Shown: piece by piece, positions 40,201-51,619 of the stretch | How positions within the stretch are numbered: position 1 is the first letter of the stretch | Layout: the number at the start of each line of letters is the position of its first letter | Source: Macrostomum hystrix | Lineage: Eukaryota; Animalia; Platyhelminthes | NCBI GenBank assembly: GCA_950097015.1 | Contig: CATNEN010000038.1 | Location: forward strand, 26,474,001 to 26,538,000 | Direction of reading: 5' to 3' | DNA length: 64,000 nucleotides | The notes under the pieces: generated by a model | Told to the model about the DNA's origin: nothing | The model's database searches: none | Seen by the model: the letters and a program-made list of their open reading frames with translations, nothing else | Program-made: the position numbers and the translations under genes

Positions 40201-43060
40201 TTATCTATCTTCTGCTTCTACAAAAGTAATGTAATTTGCCTAATGGACTGCGTTCCTGGATTATTGGCGGGTATATTAATCGTATTTAAACATTTTAGAT
40301 GTATTTTCCTTTCTAGCTTACTATCGATTTGACTGTTGAGCCAAAAATGTCAAATTTGCACAAAAATTATATTGACTCCTTAATGGTGTCTTAATGGTGG
40401 TTCCGAGTTAAAGTTGATCGCAAAACTTTGTTTAATTGCAATAGACGAGAAAAATTCGCTGAAATTTTAATAATTCAATAATTTATCTTTGCCTCGGTGC
40501 TGACTTCAATCAAATGTATAATTAAACGGTCTTATCTGACAGTCAAATCGTGTTTTTCATTTCAGATGGCTTCTGACTCTTAAAATAATGGTTTTCTTAG
40601 AAAAACAATGGATTGAAAATCTTATTTACACCCGAATCTATTTTTATTGTCTCTTAAACGAAGCGTCCAGCTAAAGGAAAAGGGAATTTCATTAAAGTGG
40701 TTGCTATGGTATTTGTTATTGGGCAGAAAAATTAGGTCAGCTTTCTGCATGTAGATGCATAACATCCAGTCCTTATCAAAGCTCTTTAAATTTGTTCCAA
40801 TTTAACAAGAGCATACGACTGTAAATATTTCAGTTTTAAGTATTACTTGCGGTATTTTCACTTCTATCACGCGACAAATCAATTATGCCCCTCTTCTTCC
40901 TGTGTATACTGCTTGTATTGCATATGACGTTTGATGCTCTCTGACCTTTAAACTTGTGATAACTGCGATGGATAGTTGCCATCGCCGTCTGCTGTTGTTA
41001 TAATAGCCATGAATTTGTTATCAATCTGCTTGTTGGAAACACATCTATAGCTCGCACCCCACAATCTGATAACACTGCCAGAACTCCTACCCTTACAGGC
41101 CCCAAGCACACAATATCTACCCCACAACCCCCTACCCTACAACCCTCTGCCCCACAACCCCCTACCCTACAACCCTCTGCCGTACAGCCCCCTACCCAAC
41201 AACCCTCTGCCCCACAACCCCCTACCCAACAACCCTCTGTCCCACAACCCCCTACCCTACAACCCTCTGCCGTACAGCCCCCTACCCTACAACCCTCTGC
41301 CGTACAGCCCCCTACCCAACAACCCTCTGCCACAAAATCCCCTACCCTACTACAGCCTGCTGTTTAACAATTTTAGTTCGCGTCACGACCTCGTCTAAAA
41401 CAAGATGCATAATTTCATATTGAAAAACTCCTAAACCCAATTAACAGTCGGACATCAGCCACCTCGCCCTAGTAGACCGTTGGCAGGGCAACTCGAGCCT
41501 ATCAACTTGGAGCACAGATTCAGCCAATATGCTAAACGGCACGGATGGTACCATGTTTCCGCCGTTTGTTGATTCATCCAAACGATTGTACATCTATAGC
41601 ACGGATATTTGTCGGTCGATCTACGTCACCTATGTGGGTCCTAGCACAGTTAGGGGCATTAATCTGAACCGATTTACAGCCCCAGCCGAAGTATTTTACA
41701 ACTCCACCATCAATCCTGAAAATGCCGGATTCTGTGTTGGCGGTGTCTGCTTGGACTCAGGCGCGCTCAATCTGACAACCTGTCAGCCTGGTGAGTTCTA
41801 GTCTTCAGAGCATCTTGACCGGATCTTCGCGACTCTAATTCTAGTCTATTCTTGTCAGGTTCTTCCGCCAGTTGCTGTCATCATGACTAGAATTCTTGTC
41901 AGGTTATTTTTGTCCGTAAGTCATTAGGACTCGGATTCTTGTCAGATAATTTCGTCAGTTGTTATCAAGACTGGGATTCTTGTCAGATAATTTCGTCAGT
42001 AGTCATGAAGACCCGGATTCTTGTCAGATTATTTCGTCAGTTGTCATTTGGACTCGAATTCTTGTCAGGTTATTTCGTCAGTAGTCATGAAGACCCGGAT
42101 TCTTGTCAGGTTATTTCGTCAGTTGTCATTTGGACTCGAATTCTTGTCAGATTATTTCGTCGGTTGTTATCAAGACTGGGATTCTTGTCAGATTATTTCG
42201 TCGGTTGTTATCAAGACTGGGATTCTTGTCAGATTATTTCGTCGGTTGTTATCAAGACTGGGATTCTTGTCAGATTATTTCGTCGGTTGTTATAAAGACT
42301 CGGATTCTTGTCAGATTATTTCGTCAGTAGTCATGAAGACCCAGATTCTTGTCAGATTATTTCGTCAGTAGTCATGAAGACCCGGATTCTTGTCAGATTA
42401 TTTCGTCAGTTGTCATGAAGACCCAGATTCTTGTCAGATTATTTCGTCAGTAGTCATGAAGACCCGGATTCTTGTCAGATTATTTCGTCAGTTGTCATTT
42501 GGACTCGGATTCTTGTCAGATTATTTCGTCAGTAGTCATTAGGACTCGGATTCTTGTCAGATCTTGTCACCCAATCTTTCTAATTGGCAGGTGTGCCAGC
42601 CGTGGCCTCTCAGCCGCATTTCTACCAAGCTGCCCAGCACTACATTGACGCTGTGATCGGCATGCGGCCGTCTCCGGACCTCGCCACCGTGCTAGACGTC
42701 GAGCCGAATACCGGCCTAGTGATGCAGGCCGCCAAAAAGTTGCAGATCAACTTCGCCCTGACCTCCGGGCCGGGTTTCTCTTCCTCTAGCCGCATAGCGC
42801 CTGTGTTCATGCCGCTACTGTGGGTCAACGAATCGGCTACCATTGACCCGAACTCTGCTGAACAGTTTCGCGGCACTGTGCTTCTGGCAATGCGGGCTGC
42901 GACCTGGGTGCAGTGGGCCTCGCTGAGTGTTGGCCTGTTACTGTCTCTGGTCTGCCTGGTTGTGTGCGCGTATCGCCGAAGAAGACTGGCTGCTGGTGCT
43001 GCTGCTGCTAATCCGGAGATTAACAGCGATGCAGTGCAGTACGAAGGGCTAAATATTTAA
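37239..43060 (+). CDS. CD36/scavenger receptor class B (SCARB2/LIMP-2-like) paralog 1 (exons 37239-37964, 41448-41790, 42591-43060)
   Basis: N-terminal TM, YMQFWLFNLTN, GPFTYQE, RTVKEILWGYEDP, NGTDGTMFPP, DICRS, SQPHFY, DVEPNTG, MPLLWVNE, C-terminal TM and YEGL tail; splice phases 0 and 1 are consistent. Confidence 0.93.
38962..40013 (+). pseudogene. Intron-nested secreted protein (signal peptide, Cys-rich PAN-like region, LamG/ConA-like domain), frameshifted near the C-terminus
   Basis: Hydrophobic N-terminus, AAFDGSSSYL and W..YGFT...LFLNG motifs. The LamG-type end FNGVLRAIAI..LTGNEIREFF* lies in another frame after a duplicated CAACCATT. Confidence 0.7.
41115..41352. repeat. 30-bp C-rich minisatellite CCCACAACCCCCTACCCTACAACCCTCTGC
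   Basis: About 8 units. Confidence 0.93.
41845..42565. repeat. 41-bp minisatellite GATTCTTGTCAGATTATTTCGTCAGTAGTCATGAAGACCCG (SCARB paralog 1 intron 2)
   Basis: About 17 units. Confidence 0.95.
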
Positions 43061-43259
43061 TTAGCACATTGACATTCACTATATTGATTGTTTCTGATCG
43101 CTAGCTGCGTGCTTGCCTATATATTTTGCTCCGAAACCTGTCTTTTTATGAAAATTCATCTTGATCGTTTCATGACTCTAATCTAAATGGGTCCTTATTT
43201 TCATTGTTCGCCTCTATTTTATAATATAAAAAATTAGATACAACCGTCACTGCCTGTCT

Positions 43260-43850
43260 GTCTATTCTCCTTCTCTCTCCCATGTCACTCTCTCACCCTC
43301 TCTCTCTCCACGTCTCTCGAAATCTCACTCTGTCACCCTCTCTCTCCCCATCTATCTAAATCTCTCTCTCTCCCCATCTCTCTAAATCTCTCTCTCCCCA
43401 TCTCTCTAAATCTCTCTCTCTCCCCATCTCTCTAAATCTCTCTCTCTCCCCATCTCTCTAAATCTCTCTCTCTCCCCATCTCTCTAAATCTCTCTCTCTC
43501 TCCCCATCTCTCTAAATCTCTCTCTCTCCCCATCTCTCTAAATCTCTCTCTCTCCCCATCTCTCTAAATCTCTCTCTCTCCCCATCTCTCTAAATCTCTC
43601 TCTCCCCATCTCTCTAAATCTCTCTCTCTCCCCATCTCTCTAAATCTCTCTCTCCCCATCTCTCTAAATCTCTCTCTCCCAATCTCTCTAAATCTCTCTC
43701 TCTCCCCATCTCTCTAAACTCTCTGTCTCCCCATCTCTCTAAACTCTCTGTCTCCCCATCTCTCTAAATCTCTCTCTCGCCATCTCTCTAAACTCTCTGT
43801 CTCCCCATCTCTCTAAATCTCCCACTCTATCTCAACCTCGATCTCCCCAT
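43260..43850. repeat. CT-rich 24-28-bp repeat CCCCATCTCTCTAAATCT(CT)n
   Basis: Tandem units visible directly. Confidence 0.93.
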
Positions 43851-44734
43851 CTTTCCGTTAAGCAAAGAATGTTTATTGTTATTTATGCTGTGGTTGAATC
43901 ATGAGATGTAAGACTGAGAAAGATTTTGCTTAGTATATTTAAGTGTAGCTAGAACGATGGAAGATACTGTACGGGATGTCTATGGGATGAGCGAATGCTG
44001 AGAGAAGTACGAACGTAAAATTAAATAAACCATCATAGAAACACTGCGGTGTGGAATTCTATGGGAATCGGAGTGCTAAGTGAGCTGGAGTGCAGAATTG
44101 CGGGAACAAACAAATGTACTCGTAGAATAAATCTGGGTGAGCAACTGGAAAATTAAGACATAAATTATAAATGTTATGGAGAGATGTTTATCTCGACACC
44201 ATCTCTCTCTTAATCTCACTCTCTCACCCTCTCTCTCCCCATCTCTCTAAATCTCCCACTCTATCTCCCAAATCTCCCACAATTGATAGATTATCGATGA
44301 GCTACTGAAATAGTATTCACTAGTTAACCCAGTCAGATTTGTAGTGCTAACACTCAATATTCAGATAAACATTTTTTAAAGCAGATTTTTACATTTTTCT
44401 CATGAATTTAAATATTTATAATTTGTCTTTCGAAAACTTCAGTTTTTTTAAGAAGTCGATTTTCCTAATTAAAAATTGCTTGTCTATGATTGCGCGCGAG
44501 TATTTTCGGTTCGTTTTTAAAAGTTCTTCGCGGGAAAGTGTGATTGTTAAAAGAAAAATAATAAAAAATTGTGACATTTTTTATCCAGTCATTGATTACT
44601 GATATTATTAAAAAATAACTTACTTTGCACAACTTGCTCGCTTTCTAAGGAACTCATTTAATTTATTTTGATGTGTTAAACTATATCTAGTAACATTTTT
44701 TTTCTATTTAACAGTTAATCTATTCAGCACTATC

Positions 44735-45405
44735 CTCATCTCCTCTCCCCTCCTCTCCTCTCCTCTCCTCTCCACTCCTCTCCTCTAATCTCCTCTCCTC
44801 TCCTCTCCTCTCCTCTCCACTCCTCTCCTCTAATCTCCTCTCCTCTCCTCTCCTCTCCTCTCCTCTACTCTCCTCTCCTCTCCTCTCCTCTGCTCTCCTC
44901 TCCTCTCCTCTCCTCTGCTCTCCTCTCCTCTCCTCTCCTCTCCTCTCCTCTGCTCTCCTCTCCTCTCCTCTCCTCTGCTCTCCTCTCCTCTCCTCTCCTC
45001 TGCTCTCCTCTCCTCTCCTCTCCTCTCCTCTACTCTCCTCTCCTCTCCTCTCCACTCCTCTCCTCTAATCTCCTCTCCTCTCCTCTCCTCTCCTCTCCTC
45101 TCCTCTCCTCTACTCTCCTCTCCTCTCCTCTCCTCTCCTCTCCTCTCCTCTCCACTCCACTCCTCTCCTCTCCCCTCCTCTCCTCTCCTCTCCACTCCTC
45201 TCCTCTAATCTCCTCTCCTCTGCTCTCCTCTCCTCTCCTCTCCTCTGCTCTCCTTTTCTCTACTCTCCTCTCTTCTCCTCTCCTCTCCTCTCCTCTCCTC
45301 TCTTCTCCTCTCCTCTCCACTCCACTCCTCTCCTCTCCTCTCCTCTCCTCTCCTCTCCTGTCCTCTCCTCTCCACTCCTCTCCTCTACTCTCCTCTCCTC
45401 TCCCT
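44735..45405. repeat. (TCTCC)n pentanucleotide microsatellite
   Basis: About 670 bp of pyrimidine-rich 5-mer. Confidence 0.97.
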
Positions 45406-45443
45406 CTATAGACTAAAGTTTAGTAGACAACATTCAAGAAATA

Positions 45444-46770
45444 CACTCAGCAACATTGAAAAGTTTCCACCCTCGCGCAAGTTGTATATTTAGAGTTTCA
45501 AAACCGGTTTTTGTCGCCAGACTTGTGCCATAGACGATTGATGATTTCGTCAACACGCACTTGGGCCATAGACGCCAGACAAGTCGAAGGAAACATTCAC
45601 ATGTAGCAGTCAGCCTACAGGAGTCTATGATCCACGTTCGCAACCAAACGGAATGGTTCGCCAAATGACCGACCTGGAACGAGCGCGCGCCGTTGGCATG
45701 CTGGACGCTGGGGTGTCCATCCGAGCTATTACTCGCCAAATTGGGCGGTCTCGCACAGCAATCCGCAAACTGCAGATCAAGTGCAGAGAAACTGGCAGCG
45801 TGGCGCTAGCCACGCGCGGCCGGCGGCTCAATTTGCGCAGTACAACTAGGAGGGCGGACCGGCGATCGCTGCGAATGTCGAAGGGAAGCCCCACATTGCC
45901 AGCCACCCTGCTACGGCTGATGTGGGCTGAAAGAAGCAGGCGAGGGGATTTCTGAGCGCCCAAACCATCCGACGACAATAGCGGGAGTTGGGGCTGTGAT
46001 CCCGTAAGATGCGCAAACGGCCACGCCTGACCCCAACCCATGTGGCCAGCCGGCAACAATGGGAAATGCAAAGGGTCCAGTGGAGGCAGCAGCAGTGGCG
46101 GCGAGTGATTTTCGCGGATGAGAGCCGCTTTCGATTGTTCCGTGCCGACGGCCGCATTCGAGTGTGGCGCCAGCCACGCCAGGAGATGCTGCCGCAGCAC
46201 GTGCAAAACTCAGAGAGCTGCAGCTTCTATTCACGTGTGGGCAGGCATCACAATGCACGCAAAGACGGAGCTTGTGTTCCTGGATGCGACTGTGACTGCC
46301 GAGTCGTATTTGCCAATTTTTTTGCCAAGCCAACCTTCTACAGACGCTGCTGCCCTTCATTGATGCTTCATGTGGTGGCGTGGGGAACAGCGTCCTCCAA
46401 GACGACAACGCCCCACCGCATCGCGCAGCCGCTGTGGTGCATCTGAAGGACTGACTACTTCGGAATCACTGTCTACCGCGAATCACTGTCTACTGCATGG
46501 CAACAGCTACCGCAAGATTTTCTGCGACGCCTGGTTGTGGGTATGCCCGGAGAGTGTGCGCTCTGCTGCACGCACGTGGCTGCTGTACGCGTTACTGACC
46601 CTGTTCTGGGCCAGTTGGCACCAGATGCTCGCGTACTTTCTTTGCTGTTCGTTTGCTTCGTTCGAATCCGGATTTTATATCTGTCTATGGCTCAAACCAC
46701 AAATATCTCCACCTACCAAAACGTTGACCCATCGTGCGCTAGGGTGGAAACTTTTCAATGTTGCTGAGTG
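45444..46770 (+). mobile_element. Tc1/mariner element, decayed
   Basis: TIR CACTCAGCAACATTGAAAAGTTTCCACCCT with TA TSD on both sides. Confidence 0.93.
45653..46450 (+). pseudogene. Tc1 transposase pseudogene (frameshifts and stops)
   Basis: Paired-like HTH (ERARAVGML..GVSIRAITRQIGRS), WRRVIFADESRF, VWAGI and LQDDNAPPHRA are spread over different frames. Confidence 0.9.
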
Positions 46771-47188
46771 TAGCTTGGTCAGCCATTTTTCGTCTTCTGT
46801 AGTAAGTCTTCTTGTCCACTGTAGTAAGTGGGGGCTTCGTGATTATTACCCATAGACTAAAGCACATAGTAATGTTTTTTATCTATGCTTGACTCAGCAT
46901 TCCATTTTGCCTTTCCAAATTTATAAAATCCAATTGCTTTTTTTATTCTCAGTTATTGGGCTCATTCTTTGCCAGGAACGCCTAGTCTATTGTGTCTAGT
47001 TTCGTTTGGGCCACAAACGATTGCGTCGACGGAAATTGTGAACTAAGTAAATTTTTGCGCGCCTTTCGGGCATCGAAACAGGAATACAACAGATTGCTTA
47101 TCTGCGAATAGTCTATGGTCAAGCCGCCTCCCATCTTTGGATATTCCCAACGGGTTATATTTGGATATACCCATTTGCAGATGAGCAA

Positions 47189-48352
47189 CAGGGACAACTA
47201 AAACCCTCGGGACGCGAAACGAGCCAATTCATGGCAAAGAATCTGAGGGGCTCGCTTAAAAGTATTGTTCTATGGCTTTTTCAAGTCTTCTCTGCTATCA
47301 GGCATTAACGGTTAGATTAAATAGTAAAGCGAGGCAATATCGAGTATTTAATTTAAAGAATAGGAACCAGTGATATAATTACAATGTATTTACAATGTAT
47401 ACCTGCGATATAGTAGAGCGAATTGGGTTGGGTGAGAAGTTGGGTGAGACAAAAATTCGAACAGACAGGTCTCCATCTTTATCTAACGTAAACAAGTAAA
47501 CGTCTTTGTTCAGAATAGCTGTGTTCAGTGCATGTCGAGATACGACATCCGAATTTTTCACATCAGCTCGAAAACTTTCCCATGCCGGCAAAAAATCAAG
47601 CAGCTGAAAAGCGTCCATCTCATCGATGTCGCCGCACCTCGCGTCAGAAAGAACATCGCGCTTTTCGGCCTGTCGGTCCTGGTCTAAAATAAGAGTAAAA
47701 ATAAAAGTAAGATAATTGTGAGCGGCAAAATCGATTTAGACGCTAAGTGTTGAGCAATCTATAAGTTACGTACCTTGGTTCTGAACAAAACACGAGCTAG
47801 GAACTCCATTAAAAACAGAAGGAGGATTAATTGGCCTTTCGGTAGAGTTTTTCTTGACCATTGCAGCATCGCTTGGCCAATGCTTTACGCACACGCCAAT
47901 GCTGTCAGTCACTCTCTAAAATAATAAATTTTGGGTTTCAAGTTGTTTGGACGAGACTGGCATGCAGAATTGAAGCGGAATTATGCAGCAGTAATGACAG
48001 CAAATGATCTGGTTTCTTACCTGTAGAATATTTGGCAGCGCCTTTCTCCATCGCTCTCGCTCCTGTGGATCTCTGGGAAACGCAAATATCCGTGCTCGAA
48101 CGGCTTCAGAGTTGTAATTTGACGAGCACGGAAATACGCTGCACTTTCTTGGCATTTCATCAAGTGAAAAAAAATTCTTCTCTTGATATAGTTCAGCTTA
48201 GCTTCACTGCTGGCCGCAGCTAAAGCAATTTTAATTTGCTTGATAGCAGAGAAGACTCGAAAAAGGCATAGAACAATACTTTTAAGCGAGCCCCTCAGAT
48301 TTTTTGCCATGAATTGGCTCGTTTCGCGTCCCGAGGGTTTTAGTTGTCCCTG
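47189..48352 (-). mobile_element. Non-autonomous P-element-like transposon carrying a THAP domain
   Basis: ~115-bp TIRs starting CAGGGACAACTAAAACCCTCGGGACGCG; perfect 8-bp TSD ATGAGCAA (47181-47188, 48353-48360). Confidence 0.9.
47379..48155 (-). CDS. THAP zinc-finger protein, truncated P-type transposase N-terminus (exons 48155-48021, 47915-47774, 47683-~47379)
   Basis: MPRKCSVFPC..FAFP..RWRKAL..VCVKHW..PSVF THAP signature assembled across two GT-AG introns with correct phase; no catalytic domain. Confidence 0.78.
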
Positions 48353-48409
48353 ATGAGCAACCTGTATATTCCTGTATCAATGCGTTTGCGAGTATATATT
48401 TTATTCAAT

Positions 48410-48710
48410 ACAACAAAGCTGAATAAACAGATTGACTCTTGAAGCAGTCATCGGACTTCAGATCCACCTTTCTCTTCACAACAAATTCAAAATACCTCTG
48501 GATCCCCGCTCTGATGCACACAAGGGAAACCGGAGAATATTTGGCTCCTTGCTTGGTCTCCAGCGTGAATTAGAAAGATCTCAAATACTCGTTCAGCATT
48601 GTCGACTCCATGGTAACCAGATCGGCCGCGCTGCTCTTGTTTCGAACAAACCCCACAAAGCGGCCTCCATGCACGTACATCTGCTCTCGACTCGTACGGG
48701 ACAAAGCCTA
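48410..48710 (-). pseudogene. Decayed fragment of a second Crypton-type recombinase (N-terminal core-binding region)
   Basis: Manual translation LNEYLRSF*FTLETKQGAKYSPVSLVCIRAGIQRYF..VDLKSDDCFKSQ parallels GTIKRSDGGYYAPATLRCFRAGLYRWL..VDIISDQLFKKA of the 49810-51282 ORF; stop at 48570-48572. Confidence 0.7.
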
Positions 48711-48732
48711 CAGGACAGCAGTATCCATTGCG

Positions 48733-49022
48733 GATACGTCAGTCGAAGGATACGTCAGCCGAAGAATACGTCAGCCGAAGGATACGTCAGCTGAAGAATA
48801 CGTCAGCCGAAGAATACGTCAGCCGAAGGATACGTCAGCCGAAGAATACGTCAGCCGAAGGATACGTCAGCCGAAGAATACGTCAGCCGAAGGATACGTC
48901 AGCCGAAGAATACGTCAGCCGAAGAATACGTCAGCCGAAGGATACGTCAGCCGAAGGATACGTCAGCCGAAGGATACGTCAGCCGAAGGATACGTCAGCC
49001 GAAGGATACGTCAGCCGAAGAC
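48733..49022. repeat. 16-bp tandem repeat TACGTCAGCCGAAG(G/A)A
   Basis: About 18 units. Confidence 0.95.
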
Positions 49023-49502
49023 GTTACACTCACATCGGCCGAATTGCATGGTTTGTTCGGCCTCTTCTTCGCTTGGCAGTGGTGACAGAGCATCATCGTT
49101 ACCGCATTCAATGAATCATTGAATGCTATCAATCGCAAATTCGACCAATTTATAATTCGTATGAGTGGCATGAATAGAGGTTAGGGCAAACAGAAACACA
49201 GGAACATGTATCCTCTGCTGCAGAGTTTCAGCTTATAAGACCACAACATGTTTCGTCCATGGTAATTTCAGACTGTTCCGCTTAACTTTTAGTTCCAGAT
49301 GTTTAGTATATGGTCATCATTGGATTTGCACCTAATAGGAAATGAAAATTTTCGCTCCAAACGTTTAGTCTATGGCCATCATTTGGCATGCGCCAAGTGG
49401 AAAATGCCTGTGACACAAATCCCTAGAATCACTTAGTGAACAATTCCCATCTGGGAAGTTGTGTGCTAGCCGTTTTGAATTGGTTTTTAGACGAAGCTAG
49501 AC

Positions 49503-51501
49503 ACAATACCACTATCGAGAGGTCACGCTTCACACACAACTGCCATAGCGTCGAGGCCGGTAGGCCGACCTATGCGTGACCTCTTGATAATCATACATTG
49601 TAGTACGATAAAAGCGGTCTTTCGCGTCCCTGGGATTTCCCTAGGGTAATCCAAAAAATTGGTTAAACTCAAATTGTCTATGGTCGTTAAGCTATAATAT
49701 TGAAAACAGAATTGTATTTAGAAGAAGTATAAACAACTAAACAAATTACATTATTTCTAACAAGTAAAACAGGTTATTTTCCGTAAATGTCATGCAAAAT
49801 ATCAATATGTCACTTATGATAAATGTTGAATGTGCAGCCGGTGAATGTACCACTGAAGCCGCCACTAGAACTAGAACTGCAAGTTGACAGATTGGTGGTT
49901 GAAGCTGAACTTACTTTATGTTCACATCCAGCCCGACTTAATGCATCCGAAACGCATGCCAGTTGGGACTCCTTCTTCTTAGAGTATCTTATGTACCGCT
50001 GGGTTGACACAACCGAACGATGTCCCGTCACATGGCCGATGTCTTCCAGCGAAAAACCGGCGTTGTGCAGCTCCGTCACGACCGTTGCTCTGATGCAATG
50101 AGGCGCATACTTTCTAGACAGTCCAGCCTTCTCAGATATTGTCTGCATCATTGATCCCAGCGTATTGTGTCCAACCGGCTGCTTGGCAAAATACCACGAG
50201 TCTGCGTTAGGCTTAGCCCTCGGCCGAATGAAGACGATGCTGTTCACGACACCTTCTCTGTTCTTAGCATTCGCGATCCTTTCCATGTAGTCATTGAAGC
50301 AGCCCACAGGGCAGTCAGGTAAGCCGGTAGAAACCATCAGCACCTGTTTAGTATTTTTTGCAGCATTTTCCAAGTGTCCTCCATCAGTCTTTGTAGCCAT
50401 CGGCCGCAACTTGATAGCCTCTCGCCCAGATGCAGTGATGATCTCTTCGAACGACTCAACTGTTAGGCGTCGAAACCACTCTCTCGCACGCAGCCCAAAA
50501 TGAGTCATCATATTGTAATAGAACTCATGCTGTAACTTTGCTGGTGTGCTCCGATCGAAATACTTTCGAAGCTTAGCTAGATCATCGTCTTCTATGGAGC
50601 TGAATCTCTTTACTTCTCCGCCGTTCTCCAGAAACAGTTTAGCAGCAACTTTTAACATATTGTTCGCTTTTTTGAACAGCTGGTCAGATATGATATCCAC
50701 TCCACGCGTCCGAAGCAGCCAGCGATACAAACCGGCCCGGAAACAGCGCAAAGTAGCAGGTGCATAGTACCCACCGTCAGAGCGCTTGATAGTTCCATAC
50801 GCAATTCGGATACAGGCCGCCAATCGCTCCTCTGCGCAGGTCTTAATGTCGACTTCAAGTTGAAGGGACTCCATGGTCGAATAAAATTTTTCTAGAGCCC
50901 ATTTTTCTTGCTGACTCGCACTTGGTGGTTCAGTTTTTTTCTCAACCAAATCAAGATCTTGCATTATAGCCTCGATATCTTCGTTTCGAGGCTCTTTTGC
51001 ATCTAACAGTTCGGCAAGCGTATTATCATCAATTCTCGCAGCGAATGCAGCCGCGATCTCTTCTATTCTATCTGCGTCCATTTCTAGAGCAAATAGAGCG
51101 TTGTCAGCTTCCATGCGTGCGGCTATCTCGTCCTTCGTCAGTCCAACTACGTCTCCGTATTCAATATGTAGCAGACCGCTAGGGTAGGATCTATCTCCTT
51201 CCATCAGGTTAAGTGATTTCGATCCAGAAGATCCAGAGTTTAACTCGCTATATTCGGCCATAGACATAAGAAATATAGACATCGGTCTTTAATGGGTGTT
51301 TCCCCAGTCAGGCGGTCTTTCGCGTCCTCGGACTGATCCATTTTTAGAGAAATCTTTAAAATAGATGGGGAAACTATTATCGTACTACAATAACCCTATA
51401 GCACGGTTTCCTCGGTTTTTAATGTCTATGGCCTCGAGGCGCTTCGCGCCCTCGGCCATGACATTAAAGACCTCGGAAACCATGCTATAGTATTACATTG
51501 T
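49503..51501 (-). mobile_element. Crypton-like tyrosine-recombinase DNA transposon with terminal hairpin cassettes
   Basis: Intact YR ORF; 15-bp inverted repeat ATTGTAGTACGATAA (49597-49611 / 51377-51391); 16-bp direct repeat GCGGTCTTTCGCGTCC (49614, 51312); hairpins at 49513-49589 and 51396-51490. Outer limits are inferred. Confidence 0.78.
49810..51282 (-). CDS. Tyrosine recombinase, Crypton/DUF3504 (ZMYM/KCTD1/QRICH1-related) type
   Basis: Intronless 490-aa ORF with catalytic set FGLRARE (R), ATKTD (K), HCIR (HxxR), TGHRS (H), QRY (Y), plus WYFAKQPVGHNTL typical of DUF3504. Confidence 0.9.
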   Translation of the reverse strand: MSIFLMSMAEYSELNSGSSGSKSLNLMEGDRSYPSGLLHIEYGDVVGLTKDEIAARMEADNALFALEMDADRIEEIAAAFAARIDDNTLAELLDAKEPRNEDIEAIMQDLDLVEKKTEPPSASQQEKWALEKFYSTMESLQLEVDIKTCAEERLAACIRIAYGTIKRSDGGYYAPATLRCFRAGLYRWLLRTRGVDIISDQLFKKANNMLKVAAKLFLENGGEVKRFSSIEDDDLAKLRKYFDRSTPAKLQHEFYYNMMTHFGLRAREWFRRLTVESFEEIITASGREAIKLRPMATKTDGGHLENAAKNTKQVLMVSTGLPDCPVGCFNDYMERIANAKNREGVVNSIVFIRPRAKPNADSWYFAKQPVGHNTLGSMMQTISEKAGLSRKYAPHCIRATVVTELHNAGFSLEDIGHVTGHRSVVSTQRYIRYSKKKESQLACVSDALSRAGCEHKVSSASTTNLSTCSSSSSGGFSGTFTGCTFNIYHK

Positions 51502-51532
51502 TTGATGGGTCTCAAATTGGAAGCAGTTTGAA

Positions 51533-51619
51533 CCATAGACTAAAAGAACTAAACTGTGTATTTTAATGCAACAAAAATAGTCGTAAGTATAAGTTAATTC
51601 CGTTTATTTATTTCTATGG
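51533..51619. mobile_element. 87-bp mini-element CCATAGA...TCTATGG with 6-bp near-direct flanks
   Basis: TTTGAA|CCATAGACTAAA ... TATTTCTATGG|TCTGAA. Confidence 0.4.
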
